A DNA stretch of 64,000 nucleotides from a virus, in the IMG/VR virus record IMGVR_UViG_3300043598_000012, positions 16,881 to 80,880 of that record; one strand, 5' to 3'. How positions within the stretch are numbered: position 1 is the first letter of the stretch; the number at the start of each line of letters is the position of its first letter. The position numbers and the translations under genes are program-made. Below, piece by piece: positions 30,400-39,995 of the stretch. The notes under the pieces are model-generated. The model searched no databases. It was not told where the DNA came from and saw only the letters and a list, made by a program, of their open reading frames with translations.

Positions 30400-30804
30400 G
30401 TGGAACCTCGCAACCCTGCTCTCCGAGAGCACGTCACACGAGTCGGCTTCAACCTCTCGCTCACCACCACGCAGATCGCCATCCTCGTCGAGATCAACGA
30501 GTGCTGGGCCAAGGACCGGCACGTCGTAGGTTGGGGTTCTCCTTGGTCACACTTCGCCAGCACGTCGAGAGCTCTCCGAGTTCGAGGTCTGGTGTGGCAC
30601 GAGTTCCCGGAGTGCAGTGCGGAGGATCGCTACAAGCACCCTCCCAGCGAGTACTTCGGGCTCACTGCGGCTGGTCAGTTCGTTGTGGGGTTGCTGTCTG
30701 AGGCAGGCCTCTACGAGGACGTGCTGGAGATGATGCGCCGTCACGAGGCGGAGGGGCGCCTGAAGACGTGGTCTCACGAGCAGCATCTAGCGAACAGACC
30801 TTGA
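30400..30804 (+). CDS. Hypothetical protein, possibly winged-helix (leaderless)
   Basis: TACTAT-6 bp-GTG; ...ALRVRGLV...FGLTAAG wHTH-like pattern. Confidence 0.55.
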   Translation: MEPRNPALREHVTRVGFNLSLTTTQIAILVEINECWAKDRHVVGWGSPWSHFASTSRALRVRGLVWHEFPECSAEDRYKHPPSEYFGLTAAGQFVVGLLSEAGLYEDVLEMMRRHEAEGRLKTWSHEQHLANRP

Positions 30805-30875
30805 GGTAGAAGGGTCTTTCCAGAAACTTTCAGAAATCACGTGCGTTCTGGTTACGGCTGGGGTATAGTCACTTC
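30805..30875 (+). promoter_or_regulatory. Conserved promoter element, copy 3 (+10 bp variant, leadered)
   Basis: GGTAG-31 bp (TTTCCAGAAA/TTTCAGAAA duplicated)-GTGCGT-17-TATAGT. Confidence 0.85.
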
Positions 30876-30920
30876 AGACCGCTTCACCGAGGAGCGGACC
30901 CAGCACCAAGGAGTACCACC

Positions 30921-31202
30921 ATGTTCATGTCCGCCAAGGCCATCAAGCGGTTCGAGGATCTCTACGAGGTGTCCCCCAAGGACGTCAAGGGCCTCAAGTT
31001 CCTCTCCATCTCCCGCTCCACCGGCACCCTCGTCGCCACGTACGACGGCACCAAGATCGACGTCGGCCAGACCGCTGACGACTTCCGTTGGGTGACCGTC
31101 GACGAGGACAAGGGCATCCTCACCACCCACGAGTCCCTCTCGGACGCTCGCTACGCAGCCAGCTTCCCCGAGCTCTGGGCCGACGAGTCCGTCGCTGCCT
31201 GA
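30921..31202 (+). CDS. Hypothetical protein, probably highly expressed
   Basis: AAGGAG RBS, strong C/G third-position bias, flanking hairpins. Confidence 0.8.
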   Translation: MFMSAKAIKRFEDLYEVSPKDVKGLKFLSISRSTGTLVATYDGTKIDVGQTADDFRWVTVDEDKGILTTHESLSDARYAASFPELWADESVAA

Positions 31203-31225
31203 CCCCCTCAACGTACACTAGATCT

Positions 31226-31397
31226 GGTAGGGGCTCCGGCCCCTGTTCTAGGAGAGGGGGTGAGGCCGATGCGGGCAAGCGTCGCCAAAGCGACATCGGA
31301 TGCGCACCGATTGCCCTAGCAATTCAACCACACAATGATGCGCAACGACACTTGTCTGGTTACGGTAGGTAGGCCTCTTTCCGGAGGCCTACCGCCG
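31226..31397 (+). ncRNA. Candidate structured small RNA E
   Basis: TACACT -10 at 31214 +6; 5' hairpin, several internal helices, terminal GGTAGGCCTC/GAGGCCTACC hairpin. Confidence 0.4.
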
Positions 31398-31551
31398 CGT
31401 TTGGGCTTTGTTCGTGCTTCTTGGGGCGAGCTCGGCGTATACTCTTGGTGAAGCGGTTGGTGGTACTTCTGCTTCCGCTCCCCGCGAGCGTTGCTGGTCA
31501 TCGAGTTGGAGCCCTTGCTACGGCGAGGGCTTCGCTCGTGTTGCGTACAAG

Positions 31552-32010
31552 TCAAGCGGCTCTCAGGTATGCAGCAGCTCGCTCTAGCACGGCAGGGTCG
31601 TCGTTCGCAGCGGGCAGCAGGCTGCTGTTGCAGCGATGACAGAGGAGACCCCGCACTCTACCGGTCTTGTGGCAGTGATCGACATGCAAGGTACCCCATC
31701 TGCCCGAAGGCTTCTTCCGGCAGATGGCACAGCGTCCTCTTTGTTTCTTGAGCATGGCCTCGTACTCAATGAGAGTGATGCCGTACTTGCTCATCAGGAA
31801 GGTTTCTTTGTTGCGACGCTTCACAGCTGCAAGTCGCTTGGGGTCCTCCTTGATGGCATGCCAGCGAGCCTTTGCTGCTTCTGGAGAGTCAACCACGGAG
31901 CATCGGTAGCCGCCAGACCTATGTCTGACCTTCACAGGCCCACACTGAGCACATCTTGCTGTCATCGCTTCTGGATCTATATCGCTCAGCCTGTGTAGGT
32001 GTTTGCCCAT
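31552..32010 (-). CDS. Endonuclease VII-type HNH homing endonuclease
   Basis: YGITL...QRGRCAIC...VDHCHKTGRVRGLLCHRCN. Confidence 0.88.
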   Translation of the reverse strand: MGKHLHRLSDIDPEAMTARCAQCGPVKVRHRSGGYRCSVVDSPEAAKARWHAIKEDPKRLAAVKRRNKETFLMSKYGITLIEYEAMLKKQRGRCAICRKKPSGRWGTLHVDHCHKTGRVRGLLCHRCNSSLLPAANDDPAVLERAAAYLRAA

Positions 32011-32481
32011 AGAGGACGATCATACCGCAAATGGCTTGTGCGTAAGATACTAGCCTATGACCAAGCGAACCAAGCAGGACGAGTGGCCTCCTCTCTGGGC
32101 CATCTGGGGGCTCAGGAAGGGCTGGCACCCTCTGGAAGCTGGAGCATGGCATCCCCTGTTCCACTACAAGTCAGAGGCTGGAGCCAGGCGAGGAGAGCGG
32201 CTCGTGATCGAAGCTCAGGCTCATGAGAAGCACCTGCTGAGCCTCACACGAGGAGTCCGCGGTAGGCACGGTGCAGGCATCCAGGGCTACGTCCGCTTCA
32301 AGGCGGTGAGGCCAGGGTCCACGCCAGTCAACCCGGCCAAGGTGCGCCCCACGAGGCGCCGTAAGAGCTGCCTCCGCTGCCACCACTCGATGCCGGTGAA
32401 GCGTTGGCGCATGCTCCGGCAGTGCTCCGAGTGTGGGTGGGTGCCCAAGCCCTACCGTCGAGCGCGAGCTGCATAGTCCCA

Positions 32482-32542
32482 GGTAGCAATGTTCTTTCCA
32501 CAAGCACGTGCGGAGCTTGAAGGGATGTGTAAAGATAGCGTC
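32482..32542 (+). promoter_or_regulatory. Conserved leaderless promoter element, copy 4
   Basis: GGTAG-21-GTGCGG-17-AAAGAT-6-ATG(32543). Confidence 0.8.
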
Positions 32543-32781
32543 ATGGACACCAACGATCGTCGCCAAGGACCCCGTCGGGCATCCGAGCAGAGGGCACACC
32601 TCGCTCGGGAGCTCATCCTGGAGCAGGCACGAGCTCTCGTCAGCATAAACCGCCGACCGGCCACCACGTTGGTCGAGCAGAGCGAGCAGGCAGTCGACAT
32701 GCGTCGCAAGGTGGCCGACCTGGGCACCCTGATCGACACGCTCGACGAGGCAGAAGAGCTTGTCAAGCAGGAGCGAGTCAA

Positions 32782-34143
32782 GTGAGCGAGTTCGTCGGCA
32801 ACGACCCCATGATGAAGCACCTCGTGGAAGGCACCTTGCCTGCCGTCCTCTCCGAGGACGACCAGCTCATCGCAGGACGAGGCAAGACCTCCGGCGACAA
32901 GCTGGAAGCGATGCTCCGCAAGGTGAGGGCTCTCCTCACTCAAGCGGAGGACCCCGGAGCCACCCCGCAGGAGGCTCAGATCTTCCGCAACAAGGCGGAG
33001 GCTCTCATGCTCCGCTACCGGATCGACGAGGCCATGCTGGCCGACGCTCCGGACACCGGTCTCATGCCTCAGTGGAACACGATCATCGTGTGTGAGAAGA
33101 GCCAGTACCGCTCCTTCTACGAGGGCATTGCCAAGAAGGTCGTCGAGCACGTTGGTGCTCGGGGCGAGATCAAGCGCACCTGGGATGACCGTGGACACTA
33201 CATCGTCGAGCTGCACTACGTTGGGTTCCCCAGCGACATCCGGCTTGTCGACATGCTGTACACCACAGCACAGGTGGCCTTCAACACCAAGCTGGAGCCC
33301 AAGTACAACCCGGAGCTCTCCGACCAGGAGAACGCCTACAACATGCGCCATGCGGGCATGGAGGGTTGGCGCATCGCCATGGCCATCTGGGGGACACGAG
33401 GCAACAGTGTGTGCTGCGACAAGCGGAGCCACTGGAGGCAGTGCGAGCCGTGCGGCCAGGGCCACCATGACCAGTGCGCCATCCCGGAGGTCAACGACGC
33501 CAACCTGTACAAGGCACGTCGGCTCTTCAAGAAGGAGGCCTTGGAGCGCGGGGAGGATCCGTCCTCATTGCTCGGCCAAGGCAACTCGATGCAGGTGTAC
33601 CGGGACAGCTACGCCAATGGCTTCTACTGGGAGCTGTTGCGGCGCCTCCGGGAGATGCAGGACAGCCGTGGCTCCGAGTCCGTCGGCATTGAGCTCGGCG
33701 GACGTAGGGAGAAGATCGACCAAGCCTTCTACCGTGAGTACCCGCAGTACGCTCCAGCCAAGGCAGCCATTGGTTACGTGGCTCCGGAGGGTGAAGCAGA
33801 CATCGACGAGGAGGAGGCTGACAAGGAGCTCCGTTGCCCGTGGGATGGCTGTGGCGAGGTCGTCGAGGCAGGAGACGACCCGTGTCCGCACTGCGGGCTC
33901 CCCATTGATTGGGCAGCCAAGCTGGACCGCAACCACGGTCGAGGCACCTATCAGGACCCCCGAGAGGGCTGTGAGAAGTGCCAGCGGGCCAAGAGCGGCT
34001 ACTGCCGAGACCACTCGTACCTCCGGCCCAGCACGGCTCAGTACCGAGAGCGTGCCCACAGCCCAGCGGGGGAGCGTGCCGGTCGTGCAGCGGCTCGCAG
34101 CGTGGACCTTGGGCGAGGACCACGAGGCAGGTTGGGCTCGTAG
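32782..34143 (+). CDS. DUF2786-like domain protein with zinc-finger insertions
   Basis: KVRALLTQAE...TPQEA...KAEALMLRYRID; several CxxC motifs. Confidence 0.75.
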   Translation: MSEFVGNDPMMKHLVEGTLPAVLSEDDQLIAGRGKTSGDKLEAMLRKVRALLTQAEDPGATPQEAQIFRNKAEALMLRYRIDEAMLADAPDTGLMPQWNTIIVCEKSQYRSFYEGIAKKVVEHVGARGEIKRTWDDRGHYIVELHYVGFPSDIRLVDMLYTTAQVAFNTKLEPKYNPELSDQENAYNMRHAGMEGWRIAMAIWGTRGNSVCCDKRSHWRQCEPCGQGHHDQCAIPEVNDANLYKARRLFKKEALERGEDPSSLLGQGNSMQVYRDSYANGFYWELLRRLREMQDSRGSESVGIELGGRREKIDQAFYREYPQYAPAKAAIGYVAPEGEADIDEEEADKELRCPWDGCGEVVEAGDDPCPHCGLPIDWAAKLDRNHGRGTYQDPREGCEKCQRAKSGYCRDHSYLRPSTAQYRERAHSPAGERAGRAAARSVDLGRGPRGRLGS

Positions 34144-34148
34144 TCCCA

Positions 34149-34209
34149 GGTAGAGAGGTTATTTCCAGAATCACGTGCGAAGTTGGAAAGCCTGAGGTAA
34201 GATGCTCTC
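34149..34209 (+). promoter_or_regulatory. Conserved leaderless promoter element, copy 5
   Basis: GGTAG-21-GTGCGA-17-TAAGAT-6-ATG(34210). Confidence 0.88.
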
Positions 34210-34914
34210 ATGACCACCACCGCCTTCCCAACCACGGTCCTCCGCTCCGAGTGGGGCACCTCGTACCACACGAGCTCTGCCTTCGAGGGCTGCAACCTCA
34301 GCGTCAAGCGGCTCGTCGATGAGCCCAACGAGCACGGAGGCGTTGGCAACACCCATCGCCATCCCATCTACGACGGCATCCACTTCCCCACGAGCGATGC
34401 GGCTCGCTTCTTCGCTCTCCTCGTCGGCCTCGTCCGGCCCTACACCTACTGGGGTGCCAAGTGACCAGCACGACCACCTACGACGCAGACCTCGCTGCTG
34501 CGGGCATCAAGCTCCTCTCCAAGAAGGATCGGGAGCACCTCCACCCCCGAGCCCAGGTCCAGAAGCTCCGCAGGATCGCTGTCCGGGCCACCAACAAGGC
34601 CGACTGGAACGGGGAGCTCGCCGCACAGTACCCCGGTGACGAGATGTACGCCACCGATCCGGAGGAGCAGACCAAGCTGCGGCTCAAGGCACGCCAGGCC
34701 ACGGAGGCCATGTGCCTCCTCAACGCCGAGCACGGGCTGGGCTACTGATGGCCAGCAAGGACAAGCGAGGCACTCAGGGTGGACCTTGGGCTGTGCTCGG
34801 ATACGACGGACAGGTCCTTGAAGGCCGCTGGCCTACCGAGCTGATGGCCGTGGAAGAGGGCTTGTGTGGGCGCTACCTGCTCACCGGCCTGGAGGTCAAG
34901 GAGGTGGGCGGGGC

Positions 34915-35943
34915 ATGAGCAAGCTCGTCTACAAGAGCTGGAAGCCCCAAGCGGAGGCCATCCGCACGGTGGAACTCGCCAACCGCATCTGCGCCGAGTA
35001 CGCGGCCGACGGGTACGACCTCACGTTGCGTCAGCTCTACTACCAGTTCGTGGCGAGGGGCTACATCCCCAACAACCAGAAGTCCTACGACCGCTTGGGG
35101 AGCACCATCAACCGTGCTCGGCGAGCAGGGATGATGGACTGGAACTACATCGTCGACCGCACGAGGAGCCTCTCCGGCGCCGAGCACTTCGCCAAGCCTG
35201 GGGACAGCATCCTCAAGTCGGCTCGCAAGTACAGCGAGGACCTCTGGGCCAAACAGCCCCTCCGCATTGAGGTGTGGGTGGAGAAGGAGGCACTGGCTGG
35301 AGTCATTGAGCGAGTGTCCGGCACCAACGATGTGGACAGTTTCGCATGCAGAGGCTACGTCTCCCAGAGCGAGCTCTGGAGTGCTGGACAGCGGATCCTC
35401 AACTACATCCAGCACGGCCAGAGGGTTCTCATCCTGCACTTGGGAGACCACGACCCCTCCGGCATCGACATGACTCGGGACATGAGGGAGCGCCTTGAGC
35501 TCTTCACCGAGAGGGACTGGCACCGAGCCAACCTCGACGAGCTCGGAGCGTCCACCACGCTTGGCTCCATCCGAGACCACATGCGGGCAGCAGTCGGCTA
35601 CGAGCAGCCTCTCGAGATCCGGCGGATCGCACTCAACATGGATCAGGTCGAGCAGTACGCTCCTCCGCCCAACCCGGCCAAGTTGACCGACAGCCGAGCG
35701 GAGGGCTACGTGGAGCTCTACGGCGACGAGAGCTGGGAGCTAGACGCTCTGGAGCCGCAGGTGATCAGCGACCTCGTGCAGCGGCACATCGTGGCCGAGA
35801 GGGACGACATTGCCTGGGACCGCGCCGTCAAGCACGAGGAGGAGAACCGTCGCAACATGGTGGCGGCTGCTGAGCGGTGGGACGACCTCGTGAACCTGCT
35901 CCCCACGCTTCCGCCGAAGGAGTCTTCCCAGGTAGAAGGGTAA
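34915..35943 (+). CDS. Topoisomerase VI-A/Spo11-like (JetD/DUF2399-related) TOPRIM protein
   Basis: TLRQLYY, EVWVEKEAL, RGY.S, HLGDHDPSG, WELDAL. Confidence 0.75.
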   Translation: MSKLVYKSWKPQAEAIRTVELANRICAEYAADGYDLTLRQLYYQFVARGYIPNNQKSYDRLGSTINRARRAGMMDWNYIVDRTRSLSGAEHFAKPGDSILKSARKYSEDLWAKQPLRIEVWVEKEALAGVIERVSGTNDVDSFACRGYVSQSELWSAGQRILNYIQHGQRVLILHLGDHDPSGIDMTRDMRERLELFTERDWHRANLDELGASTTLGSIRDHMRAAVGYEQPLEIRRIALNMDQVEQYAPPPNPAKLTDSRAEGYVELYGDESWELDALEPQVISDLVQRHIVAERDDIAWDRAVKHEEENRRNMVAAAERWDDLVNLLPTLPPKESSQVEG

Positions 35944-35991
35944 TTTCCAAGAACACGTGCGAATCTTCGCAGGGTGAGGCATAGTGTTGGT
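35931..35991 (+). promoter_or_regulatory. Conserved leaderless promoter element, copy 6
   Basis: GGTAG-21-GTGCGA-17-CATAGT-6-ATG(35992). Confidence 0.88.
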
Positions 35992-36960
35992 ATGACCGCA
36001 ACCACCTTCACCAACTCAGCCTTCGTTCGCAGCCACGTCAAGCAGCCACGTGGGTTCGGGCACTGGGGCTTCCAGGCCACCACCAAGGACACCGCTTTCT
36101 CTGAGGAGCTCTTCGGGCCGGTCGTTTGGGCCACTGGCACTCTCACAGAGGCCAAGACCTCTGCTGTCCAGCAACTCCGCAACCAAGGTGTCGACACCTC
36201 GCTCGTGGCGGTCCTGCCGTGAGCCACCTTTCCGACCTCAGCTGGGAGGACTCCGCCAGCCTCGTCTCCTACGACGACAACCACGCCGACCTCCGAGCCG
36301 ACTCACACCGCATCACGATGCAGCCAGGACCCACCTCCATCAAGCAGGACGTCGTCATCGACCTGCGGGACAGCAGCAAGGTGGACGCCTGATGGCTCGC
36401 CACAAGCACACGTGGGAGGCCACCTTGTCGAAGCCAAGGCCTGCCGATGGATGGGTGCCCTACGAGCACGTGGTCGTCACCACGGCCTGCACCTCATGCC
36501 CAGCGAACTCCAGCTCTACGAGGGCGACGTGAAGGTCGCTCCGCTGGCTCACCAGCAATCGTGGCCGCTCCGAGCCCTGTTGTGGGCTCTGTGGCTCGCT
36601 CGCGTGGCCTTCGGGGTCACCCTGCACATGCTCCGCTCGTTGGCCACCTACGAGGCACCTCCGACTCCGAGGCAGGCTTCAGATCGCCGAGCAGCACGCC
36701 TAGTGACCCAAGAGCGAGTCGAGAGGCACAGCGCCACAGTGCGAGCCGAGCAGGACACCCTGCACCCAGGAGAGGAGCCCTTCTGATGAGAAGCAACTTC
36801 GATCCAGCTGAGGATACCGCTCCCGATGCGGGTGAGTATTGGGAGAACTATGTCGACGTCTCAGCCGAGCTCGCTGCTGCCCGAGCAGCGGTAGAGGCAG
36901 ACAAGGCCAAGGAGGCAGCGCGGGTGGCTGCCTGGGAGGCAGATCGCACACGTCTTCCCT

Positions 36961-37021
36961 GGTAGGAGCGTTCTTTCCAGAAAGGCGTGCGAAGTGGAGA
37001 GCGGTGAGGCATAGTGTCCCT
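36961..37021 (+). promoter_or_regulatory. Conserved leaderless promoter element, copy 7
   Basis: GGTAG-21-GTGCGA-17-CATAGT-6-ATG(37022). Confidence 0.88.
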
Positions 37022-37348
37022 ATGACCACAACCACTGACACCACCACCGCATTCTACGCTTGGGGCTCCGAGCAGGAGAGCATCGACAACAAGCAGATGG
37101 CCCGCATCGTCTCCGGAGTCGACGAGGTCGTCCGCTCCGCCAAGCAGGCCATCAAGGAGCTGGAGGAGCTCGTCGCCAAGGTCACGGCCGTGGATCCGGA
37201 GGAGATGGTTCTCTCGGGCGATCGTGCCCTGTCCGCTGTCCAGCACTTCGCACGGCATGCTGGCTACAGCAACTCACCGGCCACCTACGTCGCCGAGACC
37301 TACGCAGCCGCTGGCAAGGTGGCTGGGCAGCTGGAGATGGTCTTCTAG
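37022..37348 (+). CDS. Hypothetical helical protein (leaderless)
   Basis: Starts at +1 of promoter copy 7; terminator downstream. Confidence 0.7.
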   Translation: MTTTTDTTTAFYAWGSEQESIDNKQMARIVSGVDEVVRSAKQAIKELEELVAKVTAVDPEEMVLSGDRALSAVQHFARHAGYSNSPATYVAETYAAAGKVAGQLEMVF

Positions 37349-37388
37349 CCTCCGCAGACCAACAGCAGAACTCAGGCACAACGGAGTC

Positions 37389-37414
37389 AGGCCACTCGCA
37401 AGAGTGGCCTTCTT
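37389..37414 (+). terminator. Intrinsic terminator
   Basis: AGGCCACTC-GCAA-GAGTGGCCT followed by TCTT. Confidence 0.8.
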
Positions 37415-37551
37415 CGTGTGCATAGGACCTTCTTAGCATCCGCAGAGGCCGCTTGCTACAGATCGAGGCACCTACACCTCCAGCAGGACGCTCGGGAGCC
37501 CTTAGCGGACGTTTCACCGAGCCACTCGGCACTTGAGGTAACATGGCTGGC

Positions 37552-38244
37552 ATGGGAACAACCACACGCCGAGCTCGACCTCCTGTCCCGCCGACGCGCC
37601 CTGGCAAGGGTGGCCACGGGCGCCTCAAGCAGGGAGGATCCAAGTCCGCCTCTCCGTTCAACCGTGCCGAGCGTAGGGAGAAGGGCTTCAAGCTCATCGC
37701 CAAGGGCTACACCAACGTCGAGATCGCTGCTGAGCTCAAGGTGCATCCAGACACGGTGACGAGGCTCCGCAAGGCCTACGCCGACCAGGTGCAAGCGGAG
37801 GCAGCCGCCAACCCGCACTTGCTCAACGAGGTCATTGCCAACACCATCCGGACGCTCAATGAGCTCGATCTCATCCGCAAGGAAGCATGGGCAGCACACG
37901 ACACCATGCATGCAGAAGGTCGGGAGTGCTCCGAGTGCGGACATGAGGATGTCGTCTACCGAGGTCCCAAGGGCGAGACCAAGGCACAGATGCTCCGCAT
38001 CCTGCTTCAAGCCAATGACCAGAAGGCGAAGCTGTTCCAGCTGTTCGGTGTCAAGGCCGAGTTCATGGCGCACGTCAACCAGGTGGCCCAGCTCCAGACA
38101 CGGCTCATGGCCTTCATGCGGGACAACCTCTGCGAGGCAGACCGCAACAGGCTGGAGGACTTCCTGGGCACCCTCACCGGTGCCGTGGCCTCCAACGAGG
38201 CTCTCGCTGAGCTGGACGTGGTGGAGGCAGAGCTCGTAGGCTGA
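37552..38244 (+). CDS. HTH protein, probable terminase small subunit
   Basis: RREKGFKLIAKGYTNVEIAAELKVHPDTV HTH, then helical ELDLIRKEAW...KAKLF pattern. Confidence 0.6.
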   Translation: MGTTTRRARPPVPPTRPGKGGHGRLKQGGSKSASPFNRAERREKGFKLIAKGYTNVEIAAELKVHPDTVTRLRKAYADQVQAEAAANPHLLNEVIANTIRTLNELDLIRKEAWAAHDTMHAEGRECSECGHEDVVYRGPKGETKAQMLRILLQANDQKAKLFQLFGVKAEFMAHVNQVAQLQTRLMAFMRDNLCEADRNRLEDFLGTLTGAVASNEALAELDVVEAELVG

Positions 38245-38254
38245 CTAGTTACCA

Positions 38255-38315
38255 GGTAGAAGCGTTCTTTCACAGAACGCGTGCGTTCTTGTCACTGATC
38301 AGGCATAGTGTTGGT
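38255..38315 (+). promoter_or_regulatory. Conserved leaderless promoter element, copy 8
   Basis: GGTAG-21-GTGCGT-17-CATAGT-6-ATG(38316). Confidence 0.88.
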
Positions 38316-38518
38316 ATGACCGCTTCCGAAACCACCGCAGTGCTCCACGAGCTCATCAACACAGGGTCGGCTCGCCGCCAGGGTGGAGTCAAGATCTCCA
38401 CCATCGCCTCTCGGCTCGGCTGCTCCGTCAGCGAGGTCGAGTTCGACGCTGCTGTCCACCAGATCAACCACGCCACCTGCGTGGTGTCCTTCCGACCCAA
38501 CTCGGCGGAGGCCTGCAA

Positions 38519-38965
38519 GTGAGCATCACCTTCACCTTCGGCACCGTCGCTGACAACGGCGCCACCAGCATCGGTCTCCTCCACGAGCACCTGTGCCCGA
38601 CGCCCGACGCCTGCGAGGACGCCCAGATGTACTCGCCTGCCTGCTGCGACCATGCCGAGGCACTCGTGGCTATGTGTGGCTGCCAGCACTTCGACGTCAA
38701 CGCCTCCTCGGCCAACGCATCTGTCATCCTCTCCCGGATGGGCATCGCAGGCCAGATGGTGGGCACCATGGACGCTGAGGACTACCTGGGCAGAGTGCTG
38801 CTGGCCCAGCTGGAGGATCCAGCGCCAGTCATGGTTGGTGGAGCTGTCGAGGCAGCCTTCGGGGTGGGCGCAGTCGAGGCCAACGCTGAGGCACACCACT
38901 GGCACCGGCTGGAGCGTCTGGCCCACGAGGCTCGGCTCTCGGGCTGGCTTGTGGCCTGGGCCTAG
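38519..38965 (+). CDS. Hypothetical Cys-rich protein
   Basis: GTGA coupling; typical codon usage. Confidence 0.6.
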   Translation: MSITFTFGTVADNGATSIGLLHEHLCPTPDACEDAQMYSPACCDHAEALVAMCGCQHFDVNASSANASVILSRMGIAGQMVGTMDAEDYLGRVLLAQLEDPAPVMVGGAVEAAFGVGAVEANAEAHHWHRLERLAHEARLSGWLVAWA

Positions 38966-39535
38966 GGGCTCGCCAGGAAACCGCGTGTCGAGGAGCTCGA
39001 CATGGGGTAGAGTGGGGCCATGGACATGGCACTCGCACTTCGTCGGCAGCTGGCCACCACGGCACAGCGACGGCTCGCCGAGCTCCGCATCGCTGCTCCC
39101 CACCGGGAGATCGGCTCCGCCATCGTCGACGAGCTCGACGAGGACGAGGTGCTGCGAGCCTCCTAGAGCTCCCAGCCAGGAGGTGGGCTGTCCGTCTCCT
39201 CGATGGTGAGGCCAGGCAGATCGAGCCGGATGGCGTAGCCCCAGTCCATGTGCGCCCAGAGGAAGCCGTGCTGGTCTCTGGAGACGTGCTCTAGGACGCC
39301 AGCAGCGCCTCCTGCTTGGCCTGCCTTGCCTCGCCACTGGATGTGCACGTAGCGGCCCACCAGGCTACGAGCTCCGCCTCGACATGGATCGGGACAGCGA
39401 GACCTACATGCAGGACGTGCCGGTCTACTTCGACGAGGCTCGCCTCTACGCCACCATCGACCACCTCTCCGACGTGCGCTACGGGCTCGTCTGAGGCATA
39501 GTTCCTACGTACCACCAACCACAAGGAGACACACC

Positions 39536-39919
39536 ATGCGTACCCTGAAGACCCTCGCTCTGGCCGGAGGCCTCGTGCTCGGAGCAGCTGCCTGCTCTCC
39601 GCTCTCGATCCACGGCACCTGGGTCAAGACACCTCCGGCGCAGACCTCCCAGGTCGAGGACGACCCCAACTGGGACTGCCTCAACTCGGGCAACGGGCTG
39701 TGCGGACCTCTCAAGGCACAGGTCAACTGCTCGACGGGCTGGGTCAAGGTCTACGACCGCTTCGGCACTCAGGTCATGAACCTCGCTCCGGCTCAGGTCG
39801 AGGTCCTGCCCACGGGCTACATGGTCCTGGAGGACACGGACGGAGACGCCCCCTACGGAGGCACGCAGCTCGACGGGTTCCTGGGCACGGTGTTCCCAGG
39901 CAACTACAACGCCTGCTAG
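39536..39919 (+). CDS. Lipoprotein
   Basis: Signal peptide with LGAAAC lipobox; AAGGAG RBS; partial GTGCGC-17-CATAGT promoter at 39474-39502. Confidence 0.75.
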   Translation: MRTLKTLALAGGLVLGAAACSPLSIHGTWVKTPPAQTSQVEDDPNWDCLNSGNGLCGPLKAQVNCSTGWVKVYDRFGTQVMNLAPAQVEVLPTGYMVLEDTDGDAPYGGTQLDGFLGTVFPGNYNAC

Positions 39920-39995
39920 ACCTCCTCTACTCCGCTCTACGGCTGCGTGGCGCCCCTTGTGGGCGCCACTGCCGCGCTTGAGGTAGGATGTCAGC

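Noticed and set aside
37434-37530. Possible sixth small RNA after a TAGCAT box
   Set aside because: Only 4-5-bp helices are present, too weak to claim without homologues
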